64,000 nt of DNA from Clostridia bacterium (GCA_045648785.1 JAZROP010000003.1:7074-71073); one strand, 5' to 3'. Numbered from the stretch's first letter, positions 1-9,821 are shown. The notes: generated from the sequence alone by a model not told the origin. A program made the numbers and translations.

Positions 1-2
1 GC

Positions 3-104
3 ATAGAGAATGCTGATGTTCGAATTATAGACAGAGGAGCGCTTGAGTGTGTAATTCGCGCTAGAGTAGAAACCGCAGTTCTTCGCGGAAGGGAGGAAAT
101 ATAA
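3..104 (+). CDS. citD: Citrate/citramalate lyase acyl carrier protein (gamma subunit), C-terminal fragment; the gene begins upstream of the window
   Basis: Frame-3 translation IENADVRIIDRGALECVIRARVETAVLRGREEI* matches the conserved C-terminus of CitD (E. coli ...[20 protein letters not shown]...). The TAA stop overlaps the ATG of the next gene (TAATG). Confidence 0.6.
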   Translation: MENADVRIIDRGALECVIRARVETAVLRGREEI

Positions 105-988
105 TGCGTCGCAGTATGTTGTTTTTACCGGGAAATAACCCAAATATGCTTATAAACGGTAACTGTCTTGGTGCGGATGCTGTTATATTTGACCTGGAAG
201 ATGCAGTATCTCCTCAGGAAAAGGATGCGGCTCGTATCCTTGTGAGAAATACTATGCGTTATATGGAATTTAACGGTTGTGAAATAGTTGTCCGAATAAA
301 CTCTACAGACACGGATTTCTGGAAAGAGGACCTTGACGCTATTCTTCCTGAAAAACCGGACCTTATACTATTGCCTAAAACAGGAATGCCTGAAGATGTT
401 TTGCTGGTGGATGAATATATGGCGCAGGTTGAGAAAAAGCATGGAATGGGAAACGAATCGGTAGGGCTCGTTGCTCTTATTGAGACTGCCCTTGGCGTTG
501 AGAATTCATATAGAATTGCTTCATGCTCAAACCGTGTTAAAGCTCTTTTCCTCGGGGCAGAGGACCTTACTGCGGACCTTCAATGTAAACGAACAAAAGA
601 AGGCAGAGAAATAGAATATGCAAGAACGCGCCTTGTTGTTGCTGCGCGCGCGGCAGGTATTGATGTCTACGATACTCCGTTTACCGATGTAAACGATGAT
701 GAAGGTATAGTAAAAGATGCAAAAATTGCAAAAGATCTTGGGTTTACAGGCAAGGCATCCATCTCTCCGCGTCATGTTGAAGTTATAAATGAAGTGTTCA
801 GCCCTACAAAGGAAGAAATTGATTATGCATACGAAGTAATTGATGCTATAAATCTTGCAAAGCAGATGGGTAAGGGCGCTATATCGTTACATGGTAAGAT
901 GATAGATGCTCCTATTGTTGCGAGAGCGCAAAGAACCATTTCTATGGCCGAAGCCTTGGGCCTTGACGGGAGGGATATAAATGAGTAA
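104..988 (+). CDS. citE: Citrate/citramalate lyase beta subunit (citryl-/citramalyl-CoA lyase, HpcH/HpaI aldolase fold)
   Basis: The 294 aa product begins MRRSMLFLPGNNPNMLINGNCLGADAVIFDLEDAV, a CitE-family signature. It follows citD directly and precedes citF. Confidence 0.85.
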   Translation: MRRSMLFLPGNNPNMLINGNCLGADAVIFDLEDAVSPQEKDAARILVRNTMRYMEFNGCEIVVRINSTDTDFWKEDLDAILPEKPDLILLPKTGMPEDVLLVDEYMAQVEKKHGMGNESVGLVALIETALGVENSYRIASCSNRVKALFLGAEDLTADLQCKRTKEGREIEYARTRLVVAARAAGIDVYDTPFTDVNDDEGIVKDAKIAKDLGFTGKASISPRHVEVINEVFSPTKEEIDYAYEVIDAINLAKQMGKGAISLHGKMIDAPIVARAQRTISMAEALGLDGRDINE

Positions 989-2384
989 GTTAGTAAATTC
1001 TATCCGCGAAGCTATTGTCCTCTCGGGTTTGAAAGATGGGATGACGGTTTCTTTTCATCATCATCTTCGTAATGGTGACTATGTTTTAAATATGGTTCTG
1101 GAAGAAATAGCAAATCTTGGAATAAAAGACATAACAGTTAATGCGAGTTCTTTGTTTGATGTACATATGCCGCTTATTAACCACATAGAAAATAATGTGG
1201 TGACAGGCGTTGCGGCTGACTATATTTCAGCTAATCTCGGCAGGGTGTTTTCGGGAGGTATACTGGAAAAACCTATAGAGTTTCGTACTCATGGAGGTAG
1301 ACCGAGTGATATAGTTTCCGGTAAAACGCCGATTGATGTTGCTTTTATCGCTGCGCCTACTGCTGATACAATGGGTAATTGCTCGGGTAAGTACGGCAAA
1401 TCTGCCTGCGGTAGTCTTGGTTATGCTTATGCTGATGCTATGTTCGCCAAAAAGTCTGTTGTAATTACTGATAATCTTGTGCCTTATCCTATGCAGGATT
1501 GGTCTATTTCTGAAGATTATATAGACTATGTGGTTAGCGTGGATGCTATCGGTGACCCAAAAGGGATTGTTTCGGGAACGACCAGGATTACCCGTGACCC
1601 TGTAGGTCTAGTTATGGCGTCTCATGCGGCGAAAGTTATAGAAGCATCGGGTCTTTTGAAAGATGGATTTTCTTTTCAGACAGGTGCCGGCGGAGCATCT
1701 CTTGCTGCGGCAAAGTTTTTAAAGGATATAATGCTTGAAAAGGGTATTGTGGGAAGCTTTGGCCTTGGTGGAATTACAGGATATATGGTAGATATGTTAA
1801 AAGCGGGCTGTTTCCGCAACCTTATGGATGTTCAGTGTTTCGACCTTACGGCAGTGGAGTCTATTAAAAACGATCCTAGACATAATGAAATTTCCGCTAT
1901 GCATTATGCGTCACCTGCTAGTAAGAGCGCCGTGGTTGACAGCCTTGATGTTGTTATTCTGGGGGCTACCGAAATTGATACAGATTTTAATGTAAATGTC
2001 CATACGGATTCAAACGGATATATTATGGGTGGCTCAGGAGGTCACAGTGATACAGCGGCGGGATCAAAGCTTTCTATGATTATTGCTCCTATGTTCAGGG
2101 CGAGGATGCCAATTGTTACAGACCGGGTAACCTGCATTTCCACACCTGGTAAGGATATTGATGTTTTGGTTACACAGGGCGGAATAGCAGTTAATCCTAA
2201 AAACGAAGAACTGAAAGAGAGATTAATAAAAGCTAAACTGCCGATTGTAGACATTTTTGAACTTAAAGAAAAAACCGAACGGATAACCGGCAAACCTCAA
2301 AAAGCTCCTAAGGGAAGTAAGGTAGTGGCAGAGGTAATCGGTCGTGACGGCGATATCTTAGACAGAATATATAATGTATTGTAA
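981..2384 (+). CDS. citF: Citrate/citramalate lyase alpha subunit (citrate CoA-transferase family)
   Basis: 467 aa with the CitF-like N-terminus and the SFHHHLRNGD motif. Its start overlaps the citE stop. RBS GGGAGGGA. Confidence 0.85.
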   Translation: MSKLVNSIREAIVLSGLKDGMTVSFHHHLRNGDYVLNMVLEEIANLGIKDITVNASSLFDVHMPLINHIENNVVTGVAADYISANLGRVFSGGILEKPIEFRTHGGRPSDIVSGKTPIDVAFIAAPTADTMGNCSGKYGKSACGSLGYAYADAMFAKKSVVITDNLVPYPMQDWSISEDYIDYVVSVDAIGDPKGIVSGTTRITRDPVGLVMASHAAKVIEASGLLKDGFSFQTGAGGASLAAAKFLKDIMLEKGIVGSFGLGGITGYMVDMLKAGCFRNLMDVQCFDLTAVESIKNDPRHNEISAMHYASPASKSAVVDSLDVVILGATEIDTDFNVNVHTDSNGYIMGGSGGHSDTAAGSKLSMIIAPMFRARMPIVTDRVTCISTPGKDIDVLVTQGGIAVNPKNEELKERLIKAKLPIVDIFELKEKTERITGKPQKAPKGSKVVAEVIGRDGDILDRIYNVL

Positions 2385-2455
2385 ATACGGCATGGGAATA
2401 ACATTAACAATTGAGGCGCGCTATAACAAGCGTGCCTTAATTGTTATAAAAGGCG

Positions 2456-2483
2456 TTGACAAAATTGTAAAATGATATATAAT
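2456..2483 (+). promoter_or_regulatory. Sigma-A-type promoter TTGACA-16-TATAAT upstream of the GntR regulator gene
   Basis: TTGACA at 2456-2461 and TATAAT at 2478-2483, read directly from the sequence. Confidence 0.5.
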
Positions 2484-2498
2484 TGTTATATAACAATT
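2481..2498. promoter_or_regulatory. Perfect 18-bp palindrome AATTGTTATATAACAATT overlapping the -10/+1 region; candidate GntR-family operator (GT-N6-AC core)
   Basis: Perfect inverted repeat read directly. Related TAACAATTG / CAATTGTTA copies occur at about 2404-2412, 2438-2447 and 3555-3563. Confidence 0.45.
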
Positions 2499-2512
2499 GT
2501 GGAGGAAAAAAC

Positions 2513-3490
2513 ATGGAATCTATTTATAAAATTAATGTGGAACTGGACATACCTATATATCAACAGCTTGTGGATGCTATTTGCACAGCGATAAAAACCG
2601 GTAAAATTTCACACGGTCAACAACTTCCTACTGTTTGCGAAATGACTAAAGAAGTCGGAATCTCGAGAGGAACTATTAAAAGGGCATATGATGAATTGGA
2701 ACATATTGGGTTTGTAGAAAAGGTGCAGGGAAGAGGAACTTTTGTAAAATATCAACCTGTTAACTCAGGAAGCAGGAAAGAACGGGCTATGGCAGCGATA
2801 GATGAAATGCTTAGTGAGTTGGAAAAAATGGGCTTGTCGGCTTCTGAAATAAACATATTTTTAGACCTTAAACTTCGTGAATATTCTCAAAAGGAGGCAC
2901 ATGTAAAGGTTGCTGTTGTTGAATGTAACCCTGAAAATTTGTCGCAGATGTCTGAACAACTCAGGCATATACATGGCGTGGATTTGTATTCCTATACTCT
3001 TGACAGTATAAAACAATATCCTTATAAACTGGGAGAAGATTTTGATCTAGTGGTTACTACTTCTCTTCATGCTCAGTATCTGGAAAGTATTGTTCCGGAA
3101 AAGAAAGGGGTGGTAAGAGTGGCGTTAAGACTTTCTACCAGCTGTCTGTCATCTATCTTTAAAATCCGTCTTGGAGAAAAAGTTGGCATAGTTGGATACA
3201 GCGATCGTTTCGCCGAACTTATATATGATACCTGCAAAATGTATTCAGAAGACATGGATTTAAGTAAACCGCTGATTATGAGTACTGAGGCGAATATACA
3301 AAAATATCTCAGCGATAAAGGGTCGATTCTTGTGCCTAAAAATTACGAAAAATATTTTGATGCACAAACATTAAAACACATATATGAATTTAAAGGGAAT
3401 GTAATAGACTGCAATTATGAGATGGACGAAGGGTCTGTGTTGTATCTTGAGACCAAAATTAAAAAAATCCGTGATAAAAAAACTTTATAA
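2513..3490 (+). CDS. GntR-family transcriptional regulator (N-terminal wHTH, C-terminal effector domain)
   Basis: LPTVCEMTKEVGISRGTIKRAYDELEHIGFVEKVQGRGTFV is a GntR HTH signature. ATG at 2513 is preceded by GGAGGAAAAAAC. The ORF-track start at 2483 lacks an RBS. Confidence 0.8.
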   Translation: MESIYKINVELDIPIYQQLVDAICTAIKTGKISHGQQLPTVCEMTKEVGISRGTIKRAYDELEHIGFVEKVQGRGTFVKYQPVNSGSRKERAMAAIDEMLSELEKMGLSASEINIFLDLKLREYSQKEAHVKVAVVECNPENLSQMSEQLRHIHGVDLYSYTLDSIKQYPYKLGEDFDLVVTTSLHAQYLESIVPEKKGVVRVALRLSTSCLSSIFKIRLGEKVGIVGYSDRFAELIYDTCKMYSEDMDLSKPLIMSTEANIQKYLSDKGSILVPKNYEKYFDAQTLKHIYEFKGNVIDCNYEMDEGSVLYLETKIKKIRDKKTL

Positions 3491-3518
3491 AATTTTACAT
3501 TTAATTGTCAACTTTTGC

Positions 3519-3547
3519 TTGACAAATGTTATATCACATTGTATTAT
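3519..3547 (+). promoter_or_regulatory. Sigma-A-type promoter TTGACA-17-TATTAT for the glutamate mutase operon
   Basis: TTGACA at 3519-3524 and TATTAT at 3542-3547. The -35 sits inside the inverted repeat TTGTCAA-N7-TTGACAA. Confidence 0.5.
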
Positions 3548-3563
3548 ATAGATATATAACAAT

Positions 3564-3579
3564 CATAGATATATCTATG
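3564..3579. promoter_or_regulatory. Perfect 16-bp palindrome CATAGATATATCTATG in the glmS leader, preceded by a TATAACAAT half-site shared with the GntR operator
   Basis: Read directly from the sequence. Confidence 0.4.
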
Positions 3580-3602
3580 AAATAATATTATGAGGTATTG
3601 AA

Positions 3603-4034
3603 ATGGATAATAAGGAGAAAAAAGTATTGGTCATCGGTGTTATTGGTGCCGATGTTCATGCAGTTGGCAACAAAATTTTATATCACGCTTTTACTGAAGC
3701 AGGTTTTGAAGTGGTAAATCTTGGTGTTATGGTTTCTCAGGAAGAGTATATTGCAGCTGCAATTGAATCAGGTGCAGATGCTATTGTTATATCCTCTCTT
3801 TACGGACAGGGAGAACTTGATTGCCGCGGTATGCGTGAAAAGTGCGACGAGGCTGGTCTTAAAGGTATTCCGCTGCTTGTTGGAGGCAATATTGTTATCG
3901 GCAAGCAGAAGTTTGAAGATGTTGAAAAGCGTTTTAAAGCAATGGGATTTGACCGAGCATTTCCGCCGGGAACTTCACCTGAAACAACCATCGAGGCTCT
4001 CTATGAGCTTTTGGGTATGGATGGTGGTAATTGA
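3603..4034 (+). CDS. glmS: Glutamate mutase sigma subunit (methylaspartate mutase S; B12-binding)
   Basis: 143 aa. [21 protein letters not shown] and [23 protein letters not shown] are near-identical in pattern to clostridial GlmS/MutS. RBS GAGGT. Confidence 0.9.
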   Translation: MDNKEKKVLVIGVIGADVHAVGNKILYHAFTEAGFEVVNLGVMVSQEEYIAAAIESGADAIVISSLYGQGELDCRGMREKCDEAGLKGIPLLVGGNIVIGKQKFEDVEKRFKAMGFDRAFPPGTSPETTIEALYELLGMDGGN

Positions 4035-5425
4035 TGAGCAATGTTTTGCTGATTGATTTTGGTAGTACATATACAAAGCTTACTGCTGTTGATATAGAAA
4101 AGGAAGAGGTCATTGCAACCGGGACAGCATATACAACTGTTCAGACTGATATAAATGATGGTCTGAATGAAGGGCTTAAGATTCTGGAACAGAAAACCGG
4201 TAAAATTGAGTACGATGCCTGTTATGCATGTTCGTCTGCTGCCGGTGGACTAAGAATGGTAACAAGCGGGCTTGTTCCCGAACTTACCGGTGAGGCTGCA
4301 AAACTTGCCAGTCTTGGAGCAGGAGCCAAAACAGTAGGCGTTTATGCTTTTGAATTAACCGAAAATGATGTAGAAGAAATCAGTAGAATAAAGCCTGATA
4401 TATTTTTATTGGTTGGCGGAACAGACGGAGGGAACACGGATTGTATCATTCATAATGCAAAAATGCTCTCCAAGATGAATCCAACATTTCCTATTGTACT
4501 GGCGGGAAACCGTACATGTGCAAGTGAGTGTGAAAAAATATTAAAGGATTGTGAGGTATATACCTGCCCGAATGTAATGCCTAAATTCGGAACTCTGCAG
4601 ATAGAACCTACACAAAAAAAGATAAGGGAGATTTTTTTAAACCGAATCATACAGGCTAAAGGATTAAGCAAGGTTACAAAAATACTTTCGGATATTATGA
4701 TGCCTACACCCGCAGCAGTGCTTCAGGCAATGGAACTGCTTGCAAAAGGATATGATGACGAAACAGGAATTGGAGAATTAATTGCTGTTGATGTTGGTGG
4801 GGCAACAACCGATGTTTATTCAATTGCTGATGGAATGCCCGAACAAATGAACACTGTGTACAAAGGTCTTCCGGAACCGTATGCGAAGCGAACGGTTGAA
4901 GGAGATATCGGCATGAGATACAGCATACAGGGCATTGTGGATGCGCAGGGGATAGACAGAATATGTAATCTTTCCGGTCTGTCTAAAGAAGAGGCAACAA
5001 CCCTGATTGAAGGTTTAAAGGAAAACACCGACAAATTGCCGGAAGGTGACGAAAATTTAGAAGCACTTGATTTCGCGTTGGCGTCCTGTGCTGTAGATGA
5101 GGCGGTTTCACGCCATGCAGGAACCATCTCGGAAACATATACAATGATGGGACTAACCTATGTTCAGGAAGGTAAAAATCTTACAAAGGTAAAACAAATT
5201 GTGATTACAGGCGGCAGTCTTATACATAGCAAAAGGACAGAGGAAATTGCTTCCCATGCCTTATACTCACAATTAACCCCCGCATCGCTCAAACCTAAAA
5301 GTGCAGATGTGTGGGTGGATAAAACATATATTTTGGCTGCAATGGGACTTTTATCATCATACCATCCCAAAACAGCCTTACGAATTATGAAAAAGGAGCT
5401 TAGATACCATGGATATTCGAAATAA
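4034..5425 (+). CDS. glmL: Glutamate mutase accessory protein MutL/GlmL (putative reactivating chaperone)
   Basis: The 464 aa ORF sits between glmS and glmE, as in clostridial mut operons. ATG 4034 overlaps the glmS TGA (TGATG). The ORF-track start at 4031 is a TTG. Confidence 0.75.
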   Translation: MSNVLLIDFGSTYTKLTAVDIEKEEVIATGTAYTTVQTDINDGLNEGLKILEQKTGKIEYDACYACSSAAGGLRMVTSGLVPELTGEAAKLASLGAGAKTVGVYAFELTENDVEEISRIKPDIFLLVGGTDGGNTDCIIHNAKMLSKMNPTFPIVLAGNRTCASECEKILKDCEVYTCPNVMPKFGTLQIEPTQKKIREIFLNRIIQAKGLSKVTKILSDIMMPTPAAVLQAMELLAKGYDDETGIGELIAVDVGGATTDVYSIADGMPEQMNTVYKGLPEPYAKRTVEGDIGMRYSIQGIVDAQGIDRICNLSGLSKEEATTLIEGLKENTDKLPEGDENLEALDFALASCAVDEAVSRHAGTISETYTMMGLTYVQEGKNLTKVKQIVITGGSLIHSKRTEEIASHALYSQLTPASLKPKSADVWVDKTYILAAMGLLSSYHPKTALRIMKKELRYHGYSK

Positions 5426-6860
5426 ACGTATTTCTGATGACGAATTTAACAAGCTAAGACAAGAAGTTCTGATGCAATGGCCGACCGGAAAAGAAGTAGA
5501 TATTAAAGAGGCTGTTGAATATCACAAAGCTATGCCGGAATCTAGAAAATTTTCTAAAAAGCTTTTAGACGCAAAGCGTGATAACCGAACACTAGTACAA
5601 CCGCGTGCCGGTGTTCCGGTTGTAGAAGAACACATAAAACTTATGCAGTATCTGGAGGAACACGGCGAAGCTGACTTGTTACCTTCGACAATAGACAGCT
5701 ATACAAGACAAAATCGCTATGAAGAGGCAGAAAATGGTATTGCTGAATCTCTGCGTCTGGGAAGAGCAATGTTAAACGGATTTCCGGCGGTTAACCATGG
5801 TGTAGCAAAGTGCCGAAAGGTTATAGAAAGTGTCAATGTTCCGATGCAGGTTCGTCACGGAACTCCTGACGCAAGACTTTTAACTGAAATTACATATGCA
5901 AGTGGTTTTACAAGTTATGAAGGCGGCGGTATTTCATATAATCTTCCGTATTGTAAAAACATTCCCATGGAGAGAACCATTTCCGACTGGCAGTATGTTG
6001 ACCGTTTAACAGGTATGTATGAAGAAATGGGTGTTTCTATCAACCGTGAACCATACGGCCCGTTAACAGGCACTTTGGTTCCTCCCTGTATTTCTCATGC
6101 GGCTGCAATCATTGAAGCATTGCTTGCGGCTGAACAAGGTGTTAAAAATATAACTGTTGGTTATGGTCAGTGCGGAAACCTTGTACAGGATATTGCAGCT
6201 ATTCGCACATTACAGGAATTAACCGATGAATATTTAAAAGAGTATGGTTACTCAGATGTTGATGTTACTACCGTTCTTCATCAGTGGATGGGAGGTTTCC
6301 CTGCTGATGAGGCAAAGGCGTTTGGTGTTATTTCCTCAGGAAGTCTTATTGCGGGTTTGTCAAAGGCAACAAAAGTAATTGTAAAAACTCCGCATGAAGC
6401 AGTTGGTATTCCTACCATGGAAGCAAATGCACAGGGGCTTCGTTGCACAAAGCAGGTGGTTAATATGCTTGCTGACCAGACATTTCATTCAGACAGCTTG
6501 GAGCAGGAAAAAGAGATAATCCGTCAGGAAACCCGTGCTATTGTTGATAAATGTTTTGAACTTGGAAAAGGCGACATAGCAGTTGGTGTTTGCCGTGGCG
6601 TTGAAGCAGGGGTTTTAGATGTTCCCTTTGCTCCTTGTCGTGCAAATGCGGGTAAGATGTTACCATGCCGTGACAATGATGGTGCAGTTCGTATATTAAA
6701 TACAGGTAATCTACCATTTAATCAGGAACTTATCGATTTCCACAAAGAAAAAATTGAAGAGCGTGCAGTTGCAGAAAACCGTAAGGCATCGTTCCAGATG
6801 GTAATCGATGATGTTTATGCTATTGGTAAAGGCCGTTTGGTTGGTCGTCCAAAATATTGA
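5409..6860 (+). CDS. glmE: Glutamate mutase epsilon subunit (methylaspartate mutase E)
   Basis: 483 aa. WPTGKEVD..., PRAGV..., [32 protein letters not shown] and [15 protein letters not shown] match Clostridium GlmE closely along the whole length. Confidence 0.9.
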   Translation: MDIRNKRISDDEFNKLRQEVLMQWPTGKEVDIKEAVEYHKAMPESRKFSKKLLDAKRDNRTLVQPRAGVPVVEEHIKLMQYLEEHGEADLLPSTIDSYTRQNRYEEAENGIAESLRLGRAMLNGFPAVNHGVAKCRKVIESVNVPMQVRHGTPDARLLTEITYASGFTSYEGGGISYNLPYCKNIPMERTISDWQYVDRLTGMYEEMGVSINREPYGPLTGTLVPPCISHAAAIIEALLAAEQGVKNITVGYGQCGNLVQDIAAIRTLQELTDEYLKEYGYSDVDVTTVLHQWMGGFPADEAKAFGVISSGSLIAGLSKATKVIVKTPHEAVGIPTMEANAQGLRCTKQVVNMLADQTFHSDSLEQEKEIIRQETRAIVDKCFELGKGDIAVGVCRGVEAGVLDVPFAPCRANAGKMLPCRDNDGAVRILNTGNLPFNQELIDFHKEKIEERAVAENRKASFQMVIDDVYAIGKGRLVGRPKY

Positions 6861-6879
6861 TATAGGAGAGAAGTTTATT

Positions 6880-8139
6880 ATGAAAATTATAGATGTTGTT
6901 TGTTCACCGGGTCGTACAGGTTTTTACTTTGATGATCAGCGTGCCATTAAAAAAGGTGCAGGTCATGATGGAGTTTTTTATATAGGTGATCCTGTCACAG
7001 AAGGATTTCGTGCTGTTCGTCAGGCAGGAGAGTCTATCTCTGTTATGATAGTACTGGAGGATGGGCAGGTTGCATATGGTGACTGTGCCGCTGTTCAGTA
7101 TTCAGGTGCAGGTGGTCGTGACCCGTTGTTCCTTGCAGAAGATTTTATACCTGTTATTGATAAATACATAAAGCCTGAACTTATTGGAAAAGAAGCTGAT
7201 AATTTCCGCGGGCTGTGTGAAATGATGGAGGCTATTTGTGTTGAGGGTAAACGCCTTCATACAGCTATTCGTTATGGTATATCTCAGGCAATATTGGATG
7301 CAGTTGCAAAGGCAACAGGGAGAATGATGTGTGAGGTTGTAGCTGATGAATACGGATGTACTGTATCAGAAACTCCTATCTCTATTTTCACACAGTCTGG
7401 CGATGACCGCTATGATAATTCCGATAAAATGATTATCAAAGGGGCACAGGTTCTTCCACATGCTCTTATCAATAATGTTGATACAAAGCTTGGCAGAAAT
7501 GGTGAAAAACTTAAAGAATATGTAGCTTGGCTGCGCGACCGTATTTTGAATTTCCGTTCAAATGAAGATTATTCTCCGGTTATGCACATAGATGTGTATG
7601 GTACAATAGGGGCAGCATTTGGCAACAACAACTATAAGGCAATGGCAGATTACATAGAGGAAATTGGCAAAATTGCAAAGCCTTTCAAAATTCGCATCGA
7701 AGGACCTATGGACTGCGATTGTGACAGAGAAACACAGCTTACAGCTTTAGCAGCTCTCACAAAAGAGCTTGATGACAGAAAATGTGATGTAGAGCTTGTT
7801 GCAGATGAATGGTGTAACACACTTGAAGATATAAAGCTGTTTGCCGATAATAAAGCTGGCCACATGGTACAGATAAAGACTCCTGACCTTGGCGGTATAA
7901 ATAATACTATTGAAGCGGTATTATACTGCAAGGAAAAAGGAATCGGTGCTTATCAGGGTGGTACATGTAACGAAACTGACCGTAGCGCGCAGGTATGTGT
8001 TCATTGTGCAATGGCTACCCAGCCTGTTCAGATTCTTGCAAAACCCGGTATGGGTGTTGATGAAGGATATATGATAGTTTATAATGAAATGAACCGTATC
8101 CTGGCTATGAGAAAAGCTAAGAAAAATCTTGGCAAATAA
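6880..8139 (+). CDS. mal: Methylaspartate ammonia-lyase (beta-methylaspartase)
   Basis: MKIIDVVCSPGRTGFYFDDQRAIKKGAGHDGVFY matches the N-terminus of C. tetanomorphum MAL (enolase superfamily). ATG 6880 has RBS GGAGAG. The upstream in-frame Met codons at 6808 overlap the glmE tail. Confidence 0.9.
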   Translation: MKIIDVVCSPGRTGFYFDDQRAIKKGAGHDGVFYIGDPVTEGFRAVRQAGESISVMIVLEDGQVAYGDCAAVQYSGAGGRDPLFLAEDFIPVIDKYIKPELIGKEADNFRGLCEMMEAICVEGKRLHTAIRYGISQAILDAVAKATGRMMCEVVADEYGCTVSETPISIFTQSGDDRYDNSDKMIIKGAQVLPHALINNVDTKLGRNGEKLKEYVAWLRDRILNFRSNEDYSPVMHIDVYGTIGAAFGNNNYKAMADYIEEIGKIAKPFKIRIEGPMDCDCDRETQLTALAALTKELDDRKCDVELVADEWCNTLEDIKLFADNKAGHMVQIKTPDLGGINNTIEAVLYCKEKGIGAYQGGTCNETDRSAQVCVHCAMATQPVQILAKPGMGVDEGYMIVYNEMNRILAMRKAKKNLGK

Positions 8140-8169
8140 GTTTAAAGCTTATTATAAATAAAAAATGAT

Positions 8170-8207
8170 AAGGACAATTTTTGTAAAAAGATTGTCTTTA
8201 TTATTTT
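8170..8207 (+). terminator. Rho-independent terminator after mal
   Basis: AAGGACAAT-loop-ATTGTCTTT hairpin followed by ATTATTTT. Confidence 0.5.
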
Positions 8208-8278
8208 GAGTATCGGCGAGATAAAAAATATATTATAAAGGAAAGCTGAAATGTTTTTCAGAAAAATATAGATAATAG

Positions 8279-8307
8279 TTGATTTTTTACATTATTTATG
8301 ATACAAT
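8279..8307 (+). promoter_or_regulatory. Sigma-A-type promoter TTGATT-17-TACAAT for the transporter gene, followed by an approximately 145-nt leader
   Basis: TTGATT at 8279-8284 and TACAAT at 8302-8307. The leader contains the perfect inverted repeat GTAAATAT-A-ATATTTAC (8323-8339) and the pairing GTCAGT/ACTGAC. Confidence 0.45.
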
Positions 8308-8454
8308 CACAGTTATGTCAGTGTAAATATAATATTTACAAAGAATTTATAGTCAGCAATAAGAAATTACTGACACAGGTATTGAAACGGAAACAGTTTC
8401 TACTAAACTCCTTTCATATTATACAAACAAAAGATAAATTTTGGAGGTAATGGC

Positions 8455-9687
8455 ATGAGTTTGTTTGGCGGCGTTGTTCCCATTACAGGAATAACTTTTT
8501 TGGTATTTTGCATATTTGCTATTTTAACAGTTGGATATGCACTTGGCAGAATAACAATAAAGGGTATTTCCCTGGGTTCTGCCGGAGTATTTATAATTGC
8601 TTTGGCGTTCGGATGTTTATTTTATGATATACTTGACGCCCAGCTTTCGGGTTATACGACAAATGCTTTGAAAATTGTTGAAAATCTTGGACTTATTCTT
8701 TTTGTTACATCAGTAGGCTTTATTGCAGGTCCCAAATTTTTCAGCAACATGAAAAAGAACTTTACTTCATATGTGCTGCTTGGATTGGTTATTATAGTAA
8801 CCGGTGCACTTGTTGCGGTTGGTTGTGTGTATCTGGGAAAATTCATGGGCGAAACCGATGTAGAGAGACTTTCTGCAATTATATCGGGTTTATTTGCCGG
8901 TGCACTTACATCCACCCCTGCATTTTCGGCGGCTAAAGCATCTGTTTCAAGTCCGGAAATGGAGCAGCTTGTTTCCGTGGGTTATGGTATTGCATACATT
9001 TTTGGCGTTATAGGCGTTGTATTGTTTGTTCAGCTTATTCCTAAAATGTTGAAGATAAACATGGAGGAAGAACGGACAAAGCTTGTTGGTGAAGAAAGTG
9101 TTCCGGACACCAAAAAATCAGAAGGTAAATTAATTCAACTTGATGATTACGGCATTGCACCTTTTGCCATTGCTGCACTGATAGGAATATTTATTGGTAT
9201 GATAAAAATCCCGCTTTCATCCGCAGGTCTTAATGGCACAACATTTTCTTTGACCACAACGGGCGGATGTCTTTTGGCATCACTTGTTTTCGGTCACTTT
9301 GGGAAAATTGGTAAAGTGAATGTTATGCCCCCTGTAACTACTCTTAAAGTATTCAGAGAACTCGGTCTCGTTCTGTTTCTTATAGGTGCGGGAATCTCAG
9401 GAGGCGCAAGATTTGTTCAGGAATTTAAAATAGACTATTTTGTCTATGGTATGATAATGACAATTCTTCCTATGATTATTGGCTTTATTTTTGCAAAATA
9501 TGTTCTTAAAATCAATGTGCTTAATACTTTAGGTTCAATTACCGGCGGTATGACAAGTACACCTGCATTGGGTACACTTATTCATGTTGCGGGCACAGAA
9601 GATGTAGCAGCAGCTTATGCAGCTACATATCCTATTGCGCTCGTTGCGGTAGTTCTTGCATCACAACTTATTATTATTCTGTTTTAG
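8455..9687 (+). CDS. AspT/YidE/YbjL-family transporter (duplicated permease domains, no TrkA-C domain); putative amino-acid/dicarboxylate transporter
   Basis: 410 aa with an internally duplicated, strongly hydrophobic architecture typical of YidE/YbjL. RBS GGAGGT. Confidence 0.7.
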   Translation: MSLFGGVVPITGITFLVFCIFAILTVGYALGRITIKGISLGSAGVFIIALAFGCLFYDILDAQLSGYTTNALKIVENLGLILFVTSVGFIAGPKFFSNMKKNFTSYVLLGLVIIVTGALVAVGCVYLGKFMGETDVERLSAIISGLFAGALTSTPAFSAAKASVSSPEMEQLVSVGYGIAYIFGVIGVVLFVQLIPKMLKINMEEERTKLVGEESVPDTKKSEGKLIQLDDYGIAPFAIAALIGIFIGMIKIPLSSAGLNGTTFSLTTTGGCLLASLVFGHFGKIGKVNVMPPVTTLKVFRELGLVLFLIGAGISGGARFVQEFKIDYFVYGMIMTILPMIIGFIFAKYVLKINVLNTLGSITGGMTSTPALGTLIHVAGTEDVAAAYAATYPIALVAVVLASQLIIILF

Positions 9688-9715
9688 TCATAAAAGAGAA
9701 ATATTAGCTATAAGG

Positions 9716-9756
9716 AAAAAGCGTAAATCCGTATTTAGGATTTACGCTTTTTTATA
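9716..9756 (+). terminator. Rho-independent terminator after the transporter
   Basis: AGCGTAAATCC-GTATTTA-GGATTTACGCT followed by TTTTTT. Confidence 0.7.
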
Positions 9757-9821
9757 AACTGTAGTGTATCAAAGATAAAATTGAATTTATTGGATAAAGT
9801 GGTGTATTTTACATTATGAAA

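Noticed and set aside
3506-3526. TTGTCAA-N7-TTGACAA inverted repeat at the glmS -35, with similar TTGTCA-N3-TGACAA at 36931-36945 (greA) and GATTGTCAATC at about 61447-61460
   Set aside because: The reverse complement of the -35 consensus TTGACA is TGTCAA, so such palindromes arise easily around strong promoters. It is mentioned only as a possible operator and is too weak to call a shared regulatory motif.
3721-4056. 111-aa ORF in an alternative frame overlapping glmS
   Set aside because: It lies fully inside the strongly supported glmS frame. No RBS, and a nonsense-like composition.
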